From a bacterium (GTDB taxonomy: Bacteria > Patescibacteriota > Minisyncoccia > Minisyncoccales > PWPS01), in contig JAGYMX010000001.1 in assembly GCA_018400405.1 (NCBI GenBank), positions 1 to 61,084 of the forward strand: 61,084 nucleotides of DNA, written 5' to 3'. Shown here piece after piece: positions 1 through 8,888 of the stretch (the stretch's first letter is position 1; every line of letters begins with the position of its first letter). The position numbers and the translations under genes were made by a program. The notes beneath the pieces are model-generated. The model was not told the DNA's origin. It saw only the letters and a list, made by a program, of their open reading frames with translations, and made no database searches.

Positions 1-236
1 AAATAATGACGAAACTCGTTACAAAGTTGCGCGGTAAGTGTTTTGTTGTGACTTATTACAAGAGTAGGTTTTTGAACGCTCTCTATTGTTTTTGCGATTG
101 AATAAGTTTTTCCTGAGCCGGTTATTCCTAGAAGTGTTTGTTTATCAAAACCTCTCTTTAGTCCATCAACTAAAGAATCTATAGCCCTTGGCTGATCCCC
201 AGCAGGTTTGTATTTTGACTTAAGTTTAAATTCCAT
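1..236 (-). CDS. uvrB: Excinuclease ABC subunit B, N-terminal fragment (runs off window)
   Basis: Not in ORF track. Manual translation from ATG at 236: [78 protein letters not shown]. The PxGDQPxAI motif and Walker A GSGKT are typical of the UvrB N-terminus. Confidence 0.85.
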   Translation of the reverse strand, partial: MEFKLKSKYKPAGDQPRAIDSLVDGLKRGFDKQTLLGITGSGKTYSIAKTIESVQKPTLVISHNKTLTAQLCNEFRHY

Positions 237-241
237 ACATC

Positions 242-274
242 AAAAATACCCCTCTAACTGTTTCTCTTAGGGGG
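242..274 (-). promoter_or_regulatory. Hairpin plus U-run just upstream of the uvrB start (terminator of the kinase gene and/or RBS-sequestering structure)
   Basis: Minus strand reads CCCCCTAAG-AGAAACAG-TTAGAGGGG followed by TATTTTTG and the uvrB ATG. The 3' arm contains the only purine-rich RBS-like GAGGGG. Confidence 0.3.
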
Positions 275-331
275 TGTGGTATTCTTTTAAGTTTCTACAG
301 TATAACCTTTTTTCCTTAAAATTCAAATAAT

Positions 332-2524
332 TTAAGCGGGTATTTTTACAAAAAATTGTGACCCCTTACCTTTCCCTTTTGACTGAGCCCAAACCTTACC
401 TCCTTGCATTTCTATGAACTGCCTTGCAATATAAAGGCCGAGCCCGGTTCCTTGGATCCAATTCTTTTTACCTGCATCTCCTCTTGAAAAAGTTTCAAAT
501 AATTTTTTCAATTCTTCTTCGCTCATCCCCTCTCCACTATCTTCTATTTTTACAACTATCGCACTTTCTTCTTTTTCCAAAAACACTTCTACCGAACCTT
601 CGTTTGTATATTTAATGGCATTATCAATTAAATTCAGAAGAACATTTTCTGTTTTTGAAATATCAATTTGCACCTTAGGGGTTTCTGTCTCGGGCTCATG
701 GAATACAAGATCTATCTTTTTTTCATCAGAAGAAGGCCTCATTCTTTCGGCTGTTTTTCTTACAATATCTTCAATATCTGCTTCTTCTTTATTTATCTCT
801 ACCCTTCCCGCTTGAATACGAGAAACATTTAAAACGTCGTTTACTAAAGCAATAAGTCTTTCGTTTGCTTCATAAACATTTTCTAAGACACTATCTCTTT
901 TCTCTGGATCGTCATCATAAACCCCTTCTTTTATCATAGATAGATGACCCTTAATAATGCTAAGAGGAGTTCTCAGTTGATGAGAAACAATAGACATAAA
1001 CTCTGTCTTTGTCTTATCTATTCTTTGTAGCTTTTCATATGCCTTTTTAAGTTCCTTTACTTGTTCATCTACTTTTTTTTCTAAATTTTCGGACAAATCT
1101 TGAACTTCAGAATATAGCATGGCATTTTTAAAAGCAACAGAAGCCTGACTTGTAAGTCCACCTAGAAGATTTATATCTTGTTCAAAATAAGGATCTCCTG
1201 AAATTTTACTTCCCAAAACAATCATACCGAACATTTTGTCTTCTGCGAAAAGGGGCAGACAAAGCTCTGCTTCAATGTGGTGCATATTTTCTTGCAATTT
1301 TTTAATTTTCTTTCTTTCTTCTTCATCTTGAGAATCTCTCAACAAAAGAGAAAGCTCTTCATAAATAAGTATTCCTTGCTTCTTTTCTAAGTAATTGGTC
1401 AAAAAATTATCCTTCACCAAAGATATTCCGTTCTCTTCCTTAAATCCGACATTTTTCTGAATAACATATTTTTTTCTCTTTTCGTCTCTAATCAAAATCA
1501 CCACCCTATCAAGCTTCATTGTCTTTGATAATGTATGTGTAATTATAGATGCAAGTCTGTCAATGTCTAAAAATCGCGTTAAATTCTTTCCTAGTTTTGA
1601 TAATACTTTCTCATAATTATAAAAAGTATAGTAAAAATATCGTGCTCCAATTCTTTGGAAAAAATCAAAAACTTCCTTGAAAAGAGCTACTCCAATCGCA
1701 ACAGAGAAAGAAACAGCTATTTTTTGAGAAAGCTCAGGAAAAAGATTTTCAACTACAATAAATGAAGAAGTTCCAACAAGGATCACCAAAAGAAAAGAAG
1801 CAAAATAAATAATCCCCCTCCCTAAGGCGAGCCGAATGTCCATGAGACGATATCTTAAGATAGCGTATGTAGTAAAGCCAACCCAAAGCATTGTAGAGAC
1901 TTGCCCCGCCCAATTGAGACTTGTATTTTCCATCCATGGCATCAACAGATTCGTTATAAAAGCGATATTAGCCGATATAAAAAATCCAATAAAGACGTAT
2001 CTAAGTTGTGCTCTGTAAAGACCTGATGATTTTCTATAGGAATTAAATAAATTCCAGAAACCAAGAAAAAAATAAATTAAAATATAACAAATATAGGCTA
2101 AATAGAGAGATCCAAATATTATTGTATTTTCTTCCGAGTAATTAACTGTTACACTCTCTATTATTTCATTACTAAAAAGAATTAAAAATATTAGTATTAT
2201 ATTTGGAGCAAATATTAATGCGGTCTTTATCTTGTCTAATTTGAAAATGCCAAAAGGAAATATATAAGTAAACAAGAGAAAAGAACTAGAGATCATTGTT
2301 GCGCTAATATAAAGAATTCTAGACCAAAACAAAACAGAGTCTTCTGTAGCTCCTCTGTAAACGATCATACAAACCGTCCACAAGATAACAAAAAAAACAA
2401 CCACTCCGTAAGAGGTATTGTTAATGTTTCCTTTTGCCCTGCTACCTATCAAAAAAAGCATTACACTGTTTAAAAAAACAGTAAAAAGCAAAAGAATAGA
2501 TATATAGTCAAAAATCAAATTCAT
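332..2524 (-). CDS. Sensor histidine kinase (multi-TM N-terminal domain, GAF-like middle, HisKA + HATPase_c)
   Basis: 730 aa. About 8 hydrophobic helices in the first ~270 aa. H-box SHQLRTPLS, N-box NLIDNAIKYT, G1 DSGEGM, G2 GTGLGL. No response regulator in the window. Confidence 0.9.
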   Translation of the reverse strand: MNLIFDYISILLLFTVFLNSVMLFLIGSRAKGNINNTSYGVVVFFVILWTVCMIVYRGATEDSVLFWSRILYISATMISSSFLLFTYIFPFGIFKLDKIKTALIFAPNIILIFLILFSNEIIESVTVNYSEENTIIFGSLYLAYICYILIYFFLGFWNLFNSYRKSSGLYRAQLRYVFIGFFISANIAFITNLLMPWMENTSLNWAGQVSTMLWVGFTTYAILRYRLMDIRLALGRGIIYFASFLLVILVGTSSFIVVENLFPELSQKIAVSFSVAIGVALFKEVFDFFQRIGARYFYYTFYNYEKVLSKLGKNLTRFLDIDRLASIITHTLSKTMKLDRVVILIRDEKRKKYVIQKNVGFKEENGISLVKDNFLTNYLEKKQGILIYEELSLLLRDSQDEEERKKIKKLQENMHHIEAELCLPLFAEDKMFGMIVLGSKISGDPYFEQDINLLGGLTSQASVAFKNAMLYSEVQDLSENLEKKVDEQVKELKKAYEKLQRIDKTKTEFMSIVSHQLRTPLSIIKGHLSMIKEGVYDDDPEKRDSVLENVYEANERLIALVNDVLNVSRIQAGRVEINKEEADIEDIVRKTAERMRPSSDEKKIDLVFHEPETETPKVQIDISKTENVLLNLIDNAIKYTNEGSVEVFLEKEESAIVVKIEDSGEGMSEEELKKLFETFSRGDAGKKNWIQGTGLGLYIARQFIEMQGGKVWAQSKGKGKGSQFFVKIPA

Positions 2525-2571
2525 CTATAATTTATTTTTTTGTCGGATTCTAGAATTGTATGCTTTTTTAA

Positions 2572-2611
2572 TAAAAAAATAAAGAGGAAAGTTACTAGAA
2601 CCATCCTCTTT
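2572..2611 (-). terminator. Putative intrinsic terminator after the 305-aa gene
   Basis: Minus strand: AAAGAGGA - 15-nt loop - TCCTCTTT followed by ATTTTTTT. Confidence 0.5.
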
Positions 2612-2614
2612 TTG

Positions 2615-3532
2615 TTACAATTTTCTTACTACAACATTGTAATTTCCGTCTTCTGGCCAAAAAGACGAACAACAAGGGATCCCTCCTCTGTATCCCTTAG
2701 GGAATGATGGCCAAGCGCCTCCTTTTGAACCCACTATGTGGTAGCAAGGAATATTTTTCCCTGCCATTTTTCTTAATTCACTTTCTTTTGGTTCGGGATA
2801 AACTTCATTTAATACTACAATCCCTTCCCAAAGATAAGGAATATACTCTTTGAGCACACCCTTTTTAGTAAGATTAAGAACAATCGCCGGTTCCCCTTTT
2901 TTGTTTTTCACAAATTTATGAAAACGATCCTTATCTTCAATGTCAAAAGAAAAAGAATTTTTTATTTCTTTCTTCACTGCAGATCCAATAAAACCATTTC
3001 CACCTAAAATAATAAGAGGAACATTTTCCATATTCTCAATTTTTTTTACTTTTTCTACAGCAAGTAGAACTGCTTTTGCAGTGACTTCTCTCTCTGGAGA
3101 TTTGGCTATAATCTTTTTAGAAAATAATATCCCTGGAAGGATACCGGCAAAAGTTTTTTGTTCTGCATTTATTGCTTTCTTGATCTTTTCCAGTTTTCTT
3201 TCAATGTCCTTGAGATTTTCTATATTCTCTTTTTTTAGAAAATCTTTTTCAGTAGCAGAGATACCGAAAATAAAGCCTATTTTTTTATTTTGCCACAAAA
3301 TACCCACTAATCGTGGTCTCCACTTCATCTGTCTTTCATACCACGGATAAACATATGCTCTACTATATTTGCTGTTGGCCGGGTATAGCATGAAAATGTT
3401 TTTTACTTTTTTTGTGTGTTTGTTAATAAATCCCACAAAATGGTAAAAAAGAAAATGGCCAAACAAAAGATTGAGAACAATTACTCCGATTTTTCTTCCG
3501 TGCCCAATTAAAAGTCTTTTCACTATCATCAC
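2615..3532 (-). CDS. Hypothetical NAD(P)-binding (Rossmann-like) protein with N-terminal hydrophobic segment
   Basis: 305 aa. GxGxxG-type motif IILGGNGFIGSAV. Cys-rich C-terminus (IPCCSSFW). The layout is loosely reminiscent of acyl-ACP reductase / shikimate-DH-like oxidoreductases (weak, from memory). It has its own consensus promoter and one of the few SD-like sequences (AAGGAAG). Confidence 0.5.
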   Translation of the reverse strand: MMIVKRLLIGHGRKIGVIVLNLLFGHFLFYHFVGFINKHTKKVKNIFMLYPANSKYSRAYVYPWYERQMKWRPRLVGILWQNKKIGFIFGISATEKDFLKKENIENLKDIERKLEKIKKAINAEQKTFAGILPGILFSKKIIAKSPEREVTAKAVLLAVEKVKKIENMENVPLIILGGNGFIGSAVKKEIKNSFSFDIEDKDRFHKFVKNKKGEPAIVLNLTKKGVLKEYIPYLWEGIVVLNEVYPEPKESELRKMAGKNIPCYHIVGSKGGAWPSFPKGYRGGIPCCSSFWPEDGNYNVVVRKL

Positions 3533-3605
3533 TTCCTTTCTGTTTTGAGATATGGAAATATCTTTACAATTTTAAAAAAGAACAATACCTTTTTTAGGTA
3601 TCTCT

Positions 3606-3634
3606 ATTATAATACAAGAAATGCTTCTTGTCAA
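3606..3634 (-). promoter_or_regulatory. Sigma-70-type promoter, TTGACA-17-TATAAT
   Basis: Minus strand TTGACA(3634-3629) AGAAGCATTTCTTGTAT TATAAT(3611-3606), about 70 nt upstream of the 305-aa gene start. Confidence 0.7.
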
Positions 3635-3781
3635 AGAAAATTATTCAATTTCATGCTTAAATTCAATAATTTTTCTGTAAATCTAAATAAAGCTGGGGAC
3701 CATAACTTAATCACTTTAAATTTTTTCTCATTCAAAATTTGTTTTTTAACACGCAATCATGTTCCCTTGAAGCTATGGGGG

Positions 3782-3809
3782 TTGAAAGTAATAAGTTTTG
3801 TTATATAAT
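3782..3809 (+). promoter_or_regulatory. Sigma-70-type promoter, TTGAAA-16-TATAAT, for the glyQS leader
   Basis: TTGAAA at 3782-3787 and TATAAT at 3804-3809, immediately upstream of the structured leader. Confidence 0.65.
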
Positions 3810-3816
3810 GTTCTTA

Positions 3817-3976
3817 ATATTTAGCTTGGGGGAGATTGGAACCCCCTCACAACACAACTTAAGTAAAGCTAAATTAATTGAGGTGGTCTTGCAAAACGCA
3901 AGGCAAGCTAGATGGAACCGCGGGAAAACTCGTTCTAGCAACCAATCTTTTTGGTTGTTTAAACGAGTTTTTTTAT
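3817..3976 (+). promoter_or_regulatory. T-box riboswitch leader (glycine-type) with terminator/antiterminator switch
   Basis: Antiterminator: helix A1 GCUAGA(3907-3912)/UCUAGC(3934-3939), 7-nt bulge UGGAACC (3913-3919), helix A2 GCGGG-AAAA-CUCGU. This matches the T-box core xxUGGNACCGCG. Competing terminator: AAACUCGUU(3926-3934)/AACGAGUUU(3962-3970) stacked on CAACCAA/UUGGUUG (3939-3957), then a U-run. Stem III hairpin at 3886-3904. Stem I-like hairpin at 3821-3872. It sits 20 nt upstream of a glycyl-tRNA synthetase gene. Confidence 0.8.
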
Positions 3977-3995
3977 TAACTAAGCGCTAAAAAAT

Positions 3996-5390
3996 ATGAA
4001 TAACAAAAACAATTCTTTAGAGAAAATGGCTTCTTTTTGTAAAAGAAGAGGTTTTGCGTTCCCCTCTTCGGAAATCTATGGTGGTCTTGCCGCAATTTAC
4101 GATTACGGGCATTACGGAACACTTTTAAAAAACAATATTCGTGACGCGTGGTGGAAACATATGGTTCAGCTTAGAGAAGATGTTTACGGCTTAGATAGTG
4201 CTATTTTTATGCACCCTGAAACGTGGGTTGCTTCCGGACACGTTGAAGGATTTGATGATCCTCGGGTAGATTGTCAAAAATGCCATCAAAGAATGAGAGC
4301 CGATCATATTTTGGAAAGCTTTGGAATAAAGGCAGACAAGGCCCCTCTTGATTTTATTAATAAAGAGCTTGAAAAATTAAAAAAGAAAAAAAAGATAAAA
4401 TGTGTAAACTGTGGTTCTACTGAGATCACTCCCGCAAAACAGTTTTCTTTAATGATAAAGTCAAACCTCGGATCACCCACGGATGAGCTTTCCGAAGAAA
4501 ATGTTGTTTATTTAAGACCAGAAACTTGCGGAGGGATTTACCTTGAGTATAAAAATATGCTTGACACTGTTCATCCGAAACTCCCTTTTGGAATTGCGCA
4601 AATTGGAAAAGCATTTCGCAATGAAATTGTCGCCAGACAGTTTATTTTTAGAACTCGAGAATTTGAACAGATGGAGATGCAATACTTTTTACATCCAAAA
4701 GAGATGAAGAAAAATTATGAAATGTGGAAAGATATTCGTTTTAAATGGTATTTAAATTACGGAATTCCTAAAAATAGATTAAGATGGCACAAGCATGAAG
4801 TTCTCTCTCACTATGCTTCTATGGCTTATGATATAGAGTTTGAATTTTCTTCTCTCCAAGGGTTTAAAGAGATTGAAGGAGTCCATGCCAGGGGTGATTG
4901 GGATCTCTCTCAACACGGAAAATATTCTGGAGTAGATTTTACTTATACCGATGAAAAAACAGGCGAAAAGTTCATCCCTCACATTATGGAAACTTCTGCT
5001 GGATTAAATCGACTCTTTTTGATGTTTATTGACAGTGCTTATACTGAAGAGAATGTAGGGGGAGAAAAACGTGTTGTTTTAAAACTCCACAAAAAGTTGT
5101 CTCCTATAAAAATTGCTATTTTCCCACTTCTTCGAAAGAAAAAAGAACTGGTAAATGTGGGACAAAAAATACATGAAGAGATAAGAAAAAAATGGATGTG
5201 TGAATTTGATACAACCGGCAGCATAGGAAAAAGATACCGTCGTCAAGACGAAATAGGAACTCCGTATTGTATCACTGTAGATTTTCAAACTTTAGACGAC
5301 AATTCTGTAACTGTAAGAGAAAGAGATACAATGAAGCAAGAAAGAGTAAAAATAGAAAATTTAGAAGATTACTTTTTAAAAAAATTATAA
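3996..5390 (+). CDS. glyQS: Glycyl-tRNA synthetase, alpha2 (GlyQS) type
   Basis: 464 aa. RGFAFPSSEIYGG N-terminus, CxxC...CxxC insertion, class II motif FRNEIVARQF, C-terminal anticodon-binding domain (IAIFPL...GTPYCITVD). An alternative start at M11 is possible. Confidence 0.93.
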   Translation: MNNKNNSLEKMASFCKRRGFAFPSSEIYGGLAAIYDYGHYGTLLKNNIRDAWWKHMVQLREDVYGLDSAIFMHPETWVASGHVEGFDDPRVDCQKCHQRMRADHILESFGIKADKAPLDFINKELEKLKKKKKIKCVNCGSTEITPAKQFSLMIKSNLGSPTDELSEENVVYLRPETCGGIYLEYKNMLDTVHPKLPFGIAQIGKAFRNEIVARQFIFRTREFEQMEMQYFLHPKEMKKNYEMWKDIRFKWYLNYGIPKNRLRWHKHEVLSHYASMAYDIEFEFSSLQGFKEIEGVHARGDWDLSQHGKYSGVDFTYTDEKTGEKFIPHIMETSAGLNRLFLMFIDSAYTEENVGGEKRVVLKLHKKLSPIKIAIFPLLRKKKELVNVGQKIHEEIRKKWMCEFDTTGSIGKRYRRQDEIGTPYCITVDFQTLDDNSVTVRERDTMKQERVKIENLEDYFLKKL

Positions 5391-8147
5391 TTTCAAAGAA
5401 TATCTTTTTTTTGAGAAAAAATTATAAGTAAGTTTATACACCTCTCCCAAGAAAAGAACAGAGGAAGAGAGAACAATAAAAAGCAACATCTCTTCAAGTT
5501 TAAGCTCTCCAAAGCCAAGAACCTCCCGGAAAAAAGAATTTTCTATGGCAATAATTTGCAACACCGTTGCTCCCAAAAAAGCAAGTATCATATATTTGTT
5601 AGAAAAAAGTCCTATACGAAACACTGAGTTACGTAAAGAGCGCATATTCACAGCATTAAAAAGCTGAGTAAATGCCATTACTGTAAAAACCCCCGCTCTT
5701 GCCCTCCCCAAATCTCCTTCTCCACCTTGATAAATCATATTGAAAACAAAAACACTTGCTAATGTCATAACTACTGCCATAAGAATGAAAAAAGGAATAA
5801 TTTCTAAAGTAAGAATATTTTCTTTTTTGTTCCTCGGAGATTGCTTTAAGACCTCTCCATGTCCAGGCTCCACTGCAAGGGGAAATCCCGCTACACTGTC
5901 TGTGATAAGGTTAAGCCACAAAATCTGTGTTGGGAGGAGAGGAAGAGGAAAGTGAAGCAGGATGGCAGTAATAAGAGTTGCATCTTCTGCAAAGTTCGTG
6001 GTAACGAGAAAAGAACTTGTCTGTCTTGTATTTGTAAAGACAATCCTCCCTTCTTCTATCGCGTTTACAATAGAAGCAAAATTATCGTCAGCAAGAATTA
6101 TATCTCCTGCTTCTTTAGTAACATCCGTTCCCGCAACACCCATCGCGATACCAATGTCCGCTTGTTTTACGGCAGGAGCATCGTTTATTCCATCTCCAGT
6201 CATTGCAACTACCGCCCCATATTTTTCTTGAAGGGTTTTTGCAATTCTAAGCTTCATTCTTGGTGTAAGGCGTGCAAAAACATCTACTTTTAAAACAGCT
6301 TCCTCGAATTCTTTTTTATTCATCGCAAAAAGTTCCTTTTGCGTAAAAGCTTTTTCTTCTCCTTCTTCTAAAAGTCCTACCTCTTTGGCAATAGCAACTG
6401 CTGTTCCTTTATGATCGCCTGTTGTCATTACCACTCTTATCCCCGCCCCTCTTGCTTTCAAAATAGCTTTTTTTACTCCTGGTCTTGGTGGATCGATCAT
6501 TCCCACTACTCCAACAAAAGTTAAATTATCAACATCTTCACGCGTAAGATCTTCTGTGTTTTTTTCTATTTTACAAAAAGCAATACCAATGGTTCTCATT
6601 GCGTTTCCCGTTAATCGATCAACTTTTTTTAATATTTTTTCTTTTTCTTCTTTGCTGATTTCTCTTATCTTTTCTCCGTCTTGCACAAAAGATGCTTTTT
6701 CTACTACCTCTTCTGGGGCACCAACTACATAAACCTGTTTTTCTTCTTTTTCTCCTAAAAGAACAGATAAAGATGCCCGATACTTAAATTTTGAACTAAA
6801 GGGCATATCATCTACCTTTTTTTCTTTTTCATGAATTATTTCTTTTTTAAGCCCCGCTTTTTGTGCAAGAACAACGAGCGATGCTTCCGTGGGGTCACCA
6901 ACTACATCATATTTTTTTTCTCCTTCTTTTTTCGTAATATCTGCTTCATTGCAAACACCGGCGATATGCAAAAGTTTTTTTAGATCCGCTGTTTCTAATG
7001 GATTTATCTCTTCTTCATTTTTAATAAATTTTCCTTCGGGAACCCACCCCTCTCCAGTAACTTCTATTTCCGTGCCATTGGCAAGAACAATTTTTCTTAC
7101 ATTCATTGTATTTTGAGTGAGAGTTCCTGTTTTATCAGTTACTATATGATTGGCAATCCCCAACGCCTCAGTAGCAGAAAGCTTTCGTATAATTGCATTT
7201 CTTTTTGCCATTCTTGTCGCTCCAATTGCCAAAACTACAGACAAAATAGCAGGAAGCCCTTCCGGAATACCAGAAACAAGAGAAGCAATAGAAAAAAGGA
7301 GTGTTTCCTGAAAATTTTCAGAAAGAGAAATTATTTCACTAAATTTTATTTTTCGAACAAAAATAGAAAGAAAAAAAATAATGCCCGCTCCTCCAAAAGC
7401 AAAAAAAGCCATCTGTTTTGCTAACATGCTTATCTTTTCTTCGAAATGGCCTCCCCTCCTTTTTATATTACCAATATCTTTCGCAATAACTCCAAAAGCT
7501 GTTTTGCTTCCCGTAGATGTCACTACCCCTTTTGCTTTTCCACCAACAACAAAAGTTCCCATCCACGCCATATTCTTCATATCTCCCATGTCTGTATCTT
7601 CTTCCAGTTTTTTCGTGTATTTTTCTACTGGAAGAGATTCCCCAGTAAGTGAGGATTCGTTTGTTCGAAAATTTTTTATATAAAAAAGACGCATATCCGC
7701 AGGAATGCGAGTTCCTTCTTCTAAAAAAACGACATCTCCAGGAACAACATGCTCCGCAGGAAGTTCTGTTAACCGTCCTTCTCGATAAACACGAGCAATA
7801 GGAACAATCATTTTTTTTAATGCCTGGATTGCCTTCTCCGCACGATATTCTTGGAAAAATCCAAGAACAGCATTGAGTAGAAGAACTGTTAAAATAACAT
7901 AAACATCTATCATTTTATGAAAAAGTGCGGAAATAACAGCAGCAAAAATAAGGACATACACTAGTCCGTTCTGAAACTGTTTCAAAAAAATAACAAGAGG
8001 ACTTATCCCTTTTTTTTCTTCTATCTTGTTTAGACCAAAATCTTCTAATCTATCTTCCGCTTTTTTTTGAGAAATTCCATCTTCCCCAGAAGAAAGAATT
8101 CTAAAAACATCTTCTTTTTCAAGAGCATGCCACTTCTTTTTCTCCAT
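5385..8147 (-). CDS. Cation-transporting P-type ATPase (P2/Ca2+-ATPase-like)
   Basis: 920 aa. TGES, phosphorylation motif DKTGTLT, MTGDGINDAPAVKQADIGIAMG, N-terminal cation-ATPase domain and C-terminal TM bundle. Confidence 0.9.
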   Translation of the reverse strand: MEKKKWHALEKEDVFRILSSGEDGISQKKAEDRLEDFGLNKIEEKKGISPLVIFLKQFQNGLVYVLIFAAVISALFHKMIDVYVILTVLLLNAVLGFFQEYRAEKAIQALKKMIVPIARVYREGRLTELPAEHVVPGDVVFLEEGTRIPADMRLFYIKNFRTNESSLTGESLPVEKYTKKLEEDTDMGDMKNMAWMGTFVVGGKAKGVVTSTGSKTAFGVIAKDIGNIKRRGGHFEEKISMLAKQMAFFAFGGAGIIFFLSIFVRKIKFSEIISLSENFQETLLFSIASLVSGIPEGLPAILSVVLAIGATRMAKRNAIIRKLSATEALGIANHIVTDKTGTLTQNTMNVRKIVLANGTEIEVTGEGWVPEGKFIKNEEEINPLETADLKKLLHIAGVCNEADITKKEGEKKYDVVGDPTEASLVVLAQKAGLKKEIIHEKEKKVDDMPFSSKFKYRASLSVLLGEKEEKQVYVVGAPEEVVEKASFVQDGEKIREISKEEKEKILKKVDRLTGNAMRTIGIAFCKIEKNTEDLTREDVDNLTFVGVVGMIDPPRPGVKKAILKARGAGIRVVMTTGDHKGTAVAIAKEVGLLEEGEEKAFTQKELFAMNKKEFEEAVLKVDVFARLTPRMKLRIAKTLQEKYGAVVAMTGDGINDAPAVKQADIGIAMGVAGTDVTKEAGDIILADDNFASIVNAIEEGRIVFTNTRQTSSFLVTTNFAEDATLITAILLHFPLPLLPTQILWLNLITDSVAGFPLAVEPGHGEVLKQSPRNKKENILTLEIIPFFILMAVVMTLASVFVFNMIYQGGEGDLGRARAGVFTVMAFTQLFNAVNMRSLRNSVFRIGLFSNKYMILAFLGATVLQIIAIENSFFREVLGFGELKLEEMLLFIVLSSSVLFLGEVYKLTYNFFSKKRYSLKL

Positions 8148-8210
8148 AACTTTAAAATATTTTTATTACAAACTTTTATTAAAGCGATAATAAAAAGCCA
8201 AATATACAAA

Positions 8211-8873
8211 CTATTTAATAATTTTTCCTCTTTTTTTCCTCCACTCTTCTATTTTTTTATGATTTCCCGAAAGTAAAACGGCAGGAACCTTTCTGTCTTT
8301 TTCTTCTATCTTTAAATGCTCCGGTCTTGTGTATCGAGGATACTCTAAAAAACCATCTTTAACTTTTCTTTTTCCTAAAAAATCTTTTCTTCCTACAACA
8401 CCTGGAAAAAGTCGGGAAACAGATTCTAAAACAACCATAGCAGGAACCTCTCCACCCATAAGAACATAGTTCCCGATAGACATTTCTTCATCAGCAATAT
8501 ATTTTGCCACTCTTTCGTCAACCCCTTCATATCTTCCGCAGATCATAATAATCTGTCTATATCCTGAAAGATTTGTCGCTTTCCTTTGTGTAAATTTTTT
8601 TCCGCGAGGCGTGAAAAGAATAACCTTTTTTTTGCTACTTCCTTTTCTTTTTATCTCCTTAACCGCTTTATATATCGGATCCGGTTTCATCACCATCCCA
8701 TTCCCCCCGCCAAAGGGCTTATCATCTACTGTTTGATGTACATCCTCTGCCCATTTTCTTAAATCATGGATATAAACTTCAAAAATACCTTTTTCCCGAG
8801 CTTTTTTTATCAAGCTTTCTTTTAGATAAGATTCAAAAATAGAAGGAAAGATGGTGATAATGTCAAAACGCAT
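8211..8873 (-). CDS. trmD: tRNA (guanine37-N1)-methyltransferase
   Basis: 220 aa. MRFDIITIFPSIFESYL start and the SIGNYVLMGGE SPOUT-knot region are typical of TrmD. Confidence 0.93.
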   Translation of the reverse strand: MRFDIITIFPSIFESYLKESLIKKAREKGIFEVYIHDLRKWAEDVHQTVDDKPFGGGNGMVMKPDPIYKAVKEIKRKGSSKKKVILFTPRGKKFTQRKATNLSGYRQIIMICGRYEGVDERVAKYIADEEMSIGNYVLMGGEVPAMVVLESVSRLFPGVVGRKDFLGKRKVKDGFLEYPRYTRPEHLKIEEKDRKVPAVLLSGNHKKIEEWRKKRGKIIK

Positions 8874-8888
8874 ATTTAATAAAACAAC

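Noticed and set aside
3876-3890. AATTGAGGTGGT, which resembles the start of the T-box consensus (AAUUAGGGUGGU).
   Set aside because: It cannot form the bulged antiterminator, and it is followed by the Stem III hairpin. The downstream UGGAACCGCG element has the full helix-bulge-helix plus the competing terminator, so I treat this one as coincidental or as linker sequence.
3545-3990. Two plus-strand ORFs (87 and 83 aa) in the gap between the Rossmann gene and glyQS.
   Set aside because: The region is better explained by two promoters and the T-box leader. The second ORF reads straight through the antiterminator and terminator helices.
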